A stretch of 61,755 bases of DNA. Source: Rhizobacter sp. Its GTDB lineage: Bacteria; Pseudomonadota; Gammaproteobacteria; Burkholderiales; Burkholderiaceae_C. The position numbers were made by a program, and so were the translations under genes. The notes beneath the pieces are model-generated. The model was given only the letters and a program-made list of their open reading frames with translations, ran no database searches and had not been told where the DNA came from. Each line of letters starts with the position of its first letter. The first letter of the stretch is position 1. Below are positions 57,325 to 61,755 of this stretch, piece by piece. The stretch lies in the NCBI GenBank assembly GCA_043742485.1, contig JAYTYH010000337.1, forward strand, positions 1-61,755. Reading direction: 5' to 3'.

Positions 57325-57863
57325 GCCAACAGCTCCACGCCGCGGCCACTGAGCGCCTCGAAGCGGACATCGCGGGCGGCGCGATCGGTGCCGTCGCCCA
57401 TGTCGTCGGTGGTCGTGTCGATGGCCGCCCTGGTGCCGTCGCGCGGCGCGATGACGATGCGCAGGTCGCAGCGCGGCAGCAACTCGGCCGCCTTCTCCGG
57501 CCACTCCACGAGCTTCAGCCCCGGCGCCGCGAAGACATCGCGAAAGCCGGCGTCTTCCCACTCGAGCGGATCGTCGAAGCGGTAGAAGTCGAAGTGCGCG
57601 ATCGCGAAGCCGGCGTGGGCCGCGTCGGCGCGATACGGCTCCATCAGAGCGTAGGTCGGGCTCTTGATGCTGCCCTCGACGCCGAGTGCATGCAGCAGGT
57701 GGCGGGCGAAGGTGGTTTTGCCGGCGCCGAGCGGCCCGTGCAGCTCGACGAAGGCGTCGGCCAATGCCGGCCGTGCGGCGATGGCGCGTGCCGATTCGGC
57801 GCAGGCCGCCTCGTCGGTCCAGAGCGCCGACCTCGTTTCTAGAATCACCGACACCGCCAACAC
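57321..57863 (-). CDS. tsaE: tRNA t6A biosynthesis ATPase
   Basis: GPLGAGKTT, KSPTY, HFDFYR, LVEWPE. Start may be 57848-57863. Confidence 0.93.
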   Translation of the reverse strand: MLAVSVILETRSALWTDEAACAESARAIAARPALADAFVELHGPLGAGKTTFARHLLHALGVEGSIKSPTYALMEPYRADAAHAGFAIAHFDFYRFDDPLEWEDAGFRDVFAAPGLKLVEWPEKAAELLPRCDLRIVIAPRDGTRAAIDTTTDDMGDGTDRAARDVRFEALSGRGVELLA

Positions 57864-57865
57864 CG

Positions 57866-58966
57866 ATGACCCACGTTGCTCCTCTCGACCCGGTGGCCCT
57901 GCTCACGCAATGGCGTGGCTGGGGCCGCGAGCTCGGATTTTCCCAGATCGGCGTCGCCGGCATCGACCTCGCCTCGGCCGAGCCGCGTTTCGCCGCCTGG
58001 CTGGACAACGGTTTTCATGGCGACATGGACTACCTGGCCGCGCACGGCAGCAAGCGATCGCGCCCGGCCGAGCTGGTGCCCGGCACGGCCAGCGTGATCA
58101 CGGCGCGGCTCGACTACCTGCCGCGGACCACCACGGCAGGCTGGCAGGAGATCGAGTGGCAGCGCCTCGGCAGGCCGGAGCAGGCGGCCGTCTCGATCTA
58201 TGCCCGCGGCCGCGACTATCACAAGGTGCTGCGCCAGCGCCTGCAGCAACTCGCCGACCGCATCGCTGCCGGCATCGGTCCGTTCGGGCACCGTGTCTTC
58301 TCCGATTCGGCGCCAGTGCTCGAGGTCGAGCTGGCGTCGAAAAGCGGCATCGGCTGGCGCGGCAAGCACACGCTGGCGCTCGATCGCACCGCCGGCTCGA
58401 TGTTCTTTCTCGGCGAGATCTATGTCGATCTCGTCCTCGCCGAGACGGCGCCGGTCGAGCCGCACTGCGGCACCTGCACGGCCTGCATCGACGTCTGCCC
58501 GACGGCCGCGATCGTGGCGCCCTACGAGCTCGACGCGCGGCGCTGCATCTCCTATCTCACGATCGAAGCCAAAGGTGCAATCCCGGCCGAGTTCCGCGCC
58601 GCGATGGGCAACCGCATCTACGGCTGCGACGACTGCCAGCTCGCCTGCCCCTGGAACAAGTACGCGACGGCGAGCCCGCTCGCCGACTTCGACGTCCGCC
58701 CGGTGCTCGACGGGCCCAGCCTGCTCGCGCTCTGGGCATGGAGCGAGGCCGAGTTCCTGCGCCTGACCGAAGGCAGCGCCATCCGCCGCATCGGCCACGA
58801 ACGCTGGCTGCGCAACATCGCCGTGGCGCTCGGCAATGCGCTGCGCTCGACGGGCGACCCGGCCATCGCCGGCGCCCTGCAGGCCCGCCACGCCGAAGCC
58901 TCGCCGCTGGTGCGAGAGCACATCGCGTGGGCGCTGGCGCAAGCCGGGCCTCCGCGGTCGCCCTGA
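57866..58966 (+). CDS. queG: Epoxyqueuosine reductase
   Basis: YARGRDYH, CGTCTACIDVCP, RCISYLTIE, YGCDDCQLACPWN. Confidence 0.95.
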   Translation: MTHVAPLDPVALLTQWRGWGRELGFSQIGVAGIDLASAEPRFAAWLDNGFHGDMDYLAAHGSKRSRPAELVPGTASVITARLDYLPRTTTAGWQEIEWQRLGRPEQAAVSIYARGRDYHKVLRQRLQQLADRIAAGIGPFGHRVFSDSAPVLEVELASKSGIGWRGKHTLALDRTAGSMFFLGEIYVDLVLAETAPVEPHCGTCTACIDVCPTAAIVAPYELDARRCISYLTIEAKGAIPAEFRAAMGNRIYGCDDCQLACPWNKYATASPLADFDVRPVLDGPSLLALWAWSEAEFLRLTEGSAIRRIGHERWLRNIAVALGNALRSTGDPAIAGALQARHAEASPLVREHIAWALAQAGPPRSP

Positions 58967-58975
58967 ACGCGGCGC

Positions 58976-59881
58976 TCAGTGCGGCAGCGCTTGCAGCGCC
59001 GCCAGCCAGAGCGGCACGCTGATCATGCCGAGCAGCGTCGAGACGGTGACGATGCCGGCAACGAAGCTGCCGTCGCCGCCCATGCGCGTGGCGAGCACGT
59101 AGGCGCTCGACGCCGTCGGCAGCGAGGCGAACAGCACGACGATGCCGGCCTGCGCGGGCGGCAGGGCCAGCAGCGCCGCGAGCCCGAGTGCCACCGCTGG
59201 CAGCACCGCGTGGCGGATGCCGAGGAAGGCCGCCGCCAGCCGCGGCGATGCCTTCAGCGCACCGAAGGTGAGGCCGGCGCCGACGGCCATCAGGCCGAGC
59301 GGCAATGCCGCCACGCCGATGCGCTGCAGCGTCGTCGCCACGGCGTCGGGAAAGGTCACGCCGGCGGCGTTGGCCGCAAGGCCGGCGAGCGTGGCGATGA
59401 TGAGCGGGTTGCGCGCGATCTCGCGCAGATAAGAGTGGCCGCCGTGGCGCGCCAGCGGCCAGACCGCGGCGACGTTGACGAGCGGCACGCTCAGCGCGAT
59501 CAGCAGCGCCATCCAGGTCAGGCCCTGGGCGCCGAGCAGACGCTCCGAGAGCGCGAGCGCGATGTAGGAGTTGAAGCGGAACGCCGTCTGCGCGCCCGAG
59601 GCGTGCAGGCGCTTGTCGACTCCGGGCCAGCGGCCGATGGCCAGCGCCAGGACGATGCCGACGACCACCGAGCCGACGCCGGCCAATGCCAGGTTCGCCG
59701 CCTCGCCGGCATGCAGTGGGCTCTTCACGATGGAGTTGAAGAGCAGCACCGGGAAGAGCAGGTAGTAGACGAGGCGTTCGACCGCGTCCCAGATCGGCCG
59801 ATCCAGCGGCGTCGCCCTGCAGATCAGCCAGCCGAGCGCGATCAGGAGGAAGTCGGGGAGTAGCAACAACGGACTCGACAT
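58976..59881 (-). CDS. AEC-family transporter
   Basis: LVYYLLFPVLLF, RFNSYI, NPLI, PTASSAYVLATRMGGD. Confidence 0.88.
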   Translation of the reverse strand: MSSPLLLLPDFLLIALGWLICRATPLDRPIWDAVERLVYYLLFPVLLFNSIVKSPLHAGEAANLALAGVGSVVVGIVLALAIGRWPGVDKRLHASGAQTAFRFNSYIALALSERLLGAQGLTWMALLIALSVPLVNVAAVWPLARHGGHSYLREIARNPLIIATLAGLAANAAGVTFPDAVATTLQRIGVAALPLGLMAVGAGLTFGALKASPRLAAAFLGIRHAVLPAVALGLAALLALPPAQAGIVVLFASLPTASSAYVLATRMGGDGSFVAGIVTVSTLLGMISVPLWLAALQALPH

Positions 59882-60009
59882 CGGAACGAGTGTGCCAGCG
59901 GCGTCGCTCCGGTCGCTAGACTCGCCCACGCGAATTTCAACCGGAGCTCACACCATGTCGAATCGTCGTTCACTCCTCGCCGCGCAGAAGCTGGCGCTCG
60001 ACTAGGGCG

Positions 60010-60915
60010 ATGCCGACCGAAAGCGTTCCGGTGATCGATTCGATCGACGCCTTCGTCGACGCGCTCTGGATCGAAGAGGGCCTGGCCGCGAACAGCCTGG
60101 CCGCGTACCGGCGCGACCTCACGCTCTACGCGGCGTGGCGCACCGGAACCTCCGGCCGCAGCCTGCTCGACAGCACCGAGTCCGACCTGCGCGAATACGC
60201 GCTCGCGCGCCACGTCTTCAGCACGGCGACCACTGCCAACCGACGCCTGACGGTCTTTCGGCGCTTCTTTCGCTGGGCCCTGCGCGAGCACATGATCGCA
60301 GCCGATCCGACGCTGCGGCTCGATGCGGCGCGCCAGCCGCTGCGCGTGCCGCAGTCGCTGAGCGAGGCCCAGGTCGAGGCGCTGCTCGGCGCGCCCGACA
60401 TCGAGTCGCCGCTCGGTCTGCGCGACCGCGCCATGCTCGAGCTGCTGTACGCGAGCGGCCTGCGCGTCAGCGAGCTGGTCGGCCTGAAGTCGGTGAACGT
60501 GAGCTTCGTCGAATGCGCCTTGCGCGTCACCGGCAAGGGTTCGAAGGAGCGCCTGGTGCCGTTCGGCGAGGAGGCGCTGTCGTGGCTGCAGCGCTACCTC
60601 GCCGAAGCTCGCCCGGCCGTTCTCGCCGGCCGCGCCAGCGACGCCCTCTTCGTGACCGGCCGCGGCGGCCCGATGACGCGGCAGATGTTCTGGAAGCTGG
60701 TCAAGGCGCATGCCGCGAAGGCCGGAATCACGGTGCCGCTGTCACCGCACACGCTGCGCCACGCCTTTGCGACCCATCTGCTCAATCACGGCGCCGACCT
60801 GCGCGCCGTGCAGATGCTGCTCGGCCACGCCGACATCTCGACGACGACGATCTACACCCACGTGGCCCGCGAACGCCTGAAGGCGCTGCACGCGACCCAT
60901 CACCCGCGCGGCTAA
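60010..60915 (+). CDS. xerD: Site-specific tyrosine recombinase XerD
   Basis: [50 protein letters not shown]-terminal HHPRG. Confidence 0.93.
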   Translation: MPTESVPVIDSIDAFVDALWIEEGLAANSLAAYRRDLTLYAAWRTGTSGRSLLDSTESDLREYALARHVFSTATTANRRLTVFRRFFRWALREHMIAADPTLRLDAARQPLRVPQSLSEAQVEALLGAPDIESPLGLRDRAMLELLYASGLRVSELVGLKSVNVSFVECALRVTGKGSKERLVPFGEEALSWLQRYLAEARPAVLAGRASDALFVTGRGGPMTRQMFWKLVKAHAAKAGITVPLSPHTLRHAFATHLLNHGADLRAVQMLLGHADISTTTIYTHVARERLKALHATHHPRG

Positions 60916-60940
60916 GGTCGGCTGCGGCGCGGGCCTGCGG

Positions 60941-61612
60941 TCAGAACTGCCAGTAGCCGCCGATCGAGTAGACCCATGGCTTGAAGTCGATGGTCGTCGT
61001 CAGCACCGTGCTGCCGCTGGCGACGAGCTTGCTCTTGACGTCGAGGTGGGCGACGCTGGCGAACAGGCCCCAGTCTTTCGTGATCGCGTAGTTCGCGCCG
61101 GCCTGCAGTGCCAGCCCGTACGAATCGCCGAGCTTGACGTCGCTGGCCAGTTTCGACTTCACGTTCGTGAACTTGGTGTAGTTGATGCCGGCGCCGAGGT
61201 AGGGCCGGAAGGCGTCGGCGGCGGTGAAGAAGTGATAGTTGAAGAGCAGGGTGGGCGCCACGTTCCGGGCCGAGAGCACGTCGTCACCGAGGAACGCCAC
61301 GGAGCCGGTCGCCTTCGCCTTGATCGTCGGCGGTACGCCCAGCACGAACTCCACGCCGACGTTCGGCGTCACCATGCGTTCGTAGACGAAGATCACCGTG
61401 GTCGCGCCGCCGACCTTGGCGTCGGCACCGGCCGGCACTCCGATGCCGTGGATGCCGTCGGTGCTCGAGTGGCTGTCGTAGCGCGTCACGCCGATCTTGA
61501 TGACGTTGTCGGGGCTCGCTGCCTGCATCTGCGCCTGCGCATCGGCGCAAGCCAGAGCCAGCGCGAGCGTGGCGAAAGCGGCTGCGGCGATCGACGTGTT
61601 TTTGTGGTTCAT
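60941..61612 (-). CDS. ompW: OmpW-family outer-membrane protein
   Basis: Signal peptide, [32 protein letters not shown], terminal F. Confidence 0.85.
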   Translation of the reverse strand: MNHKNTSIAAAAFATLALALACADAQAQMQAASPDNVIKIGVTRYDSHSSTDGIHGIGVPAGADAKVGGATTVIFVYERMVTPNVGVEFVLGVPPTIKAKATGSVAFLGDDVLSARNVAPTLLFNYHFFTAADAFRPYLGAGINYTKFTNVKSKLASDVKLGDSYGLALQAGANYAITKDWGLFASVAHLDVKSKLVASGSTVLTTTIDFKPWVYSIGGYWQF

Positions 61613-61626
61613 GGTCGTGTCCTTCT

Positions 61627-61755
61627 TCAGATCCAGCCGAACGCACGGATCTGGGCCGTGAACGTATCGCTGATGATCTTGTGGCCACCGGTCGTGGGGT
61701 GGACGCTGTCGGCGAACTGCCAGGTGGTGACGTCGGCACCGGTGCGGATGCCGTT
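61627..61755 (-). CDS. 3' end of an SGNH/GDSL hydrolase (partial)
   Basis: Translates ...WQFADSVHPTTGGHKII...FGWI*, containing the block V DxxHP motif. Confidence 0.7.
   Translation of the reverse strand, partial: NGIRTGADVTTWQFADSVHPTTGGHKIISDTFTAQIRAFGWI

Noticed and set aside
57848-57866. Near-zero spacer between divergent tsaE and queG
   Set aside because: A tight divergent arrangement is ordinary for this locus, and the start codons are uncertain.
60010-60915. Tyrosine recombinase as an island integrase
   Set aside because: Length and motifs (HHPRG end) match housekeeping XerD, and it is far from the accessory region.

Overview
GC-rich bacterial chromosome segment, most likely a Betaproteobacterium (Burkholderiales-like, judged from the soxCDYZAXB order and the queG/tsaE/amiC...mutL...miaA neighbourhood). 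About 1-26 kb is an accessory mosaic. It holds an Mla/Mce-type ABC operon, a GNAT plus a Cys-rich hypothetical protein, and a complete Sox thiosulfate-oxidation cluster. That cluster runs ArsR-soxCDYZAXB and is extended by a GlcG/HbpS heme-binding protein and a SoxH-like metallo-beta-lactamase; divergent from it are a thioredoxin, a Tat-exported DsrE and a YeeE transporter. An intact cusCBA-type Cu/Ag RND pump follows. Between these intact blocks lie short gene remnants not annotated as such in the ORF track: clsC-like, a cydA::yeeE chimera, an internally deleted yedE, DUF302, copA multicopper oxidase, cytochrome c and a Cu P-type ATPase. About 26-62 kb is mostly core: modE/modABC, a SRAP/YedK homologue whose catalytic triad is replaced, thyA, OmpA lipoprotein, an MsbA-like exporter, marR-OMF-emrAB, DUF3943, a split attEG/attH-type system, miaA, pseudouridine synthase, mutL, HD-GYP, dedA, amiC, tsaE, queG, AEC transporter, xerD and ompW. 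No rRNA, tRNA, CRISPR array or IS element was recognised. All family calls come from motif recognition by eye, not from database searches.
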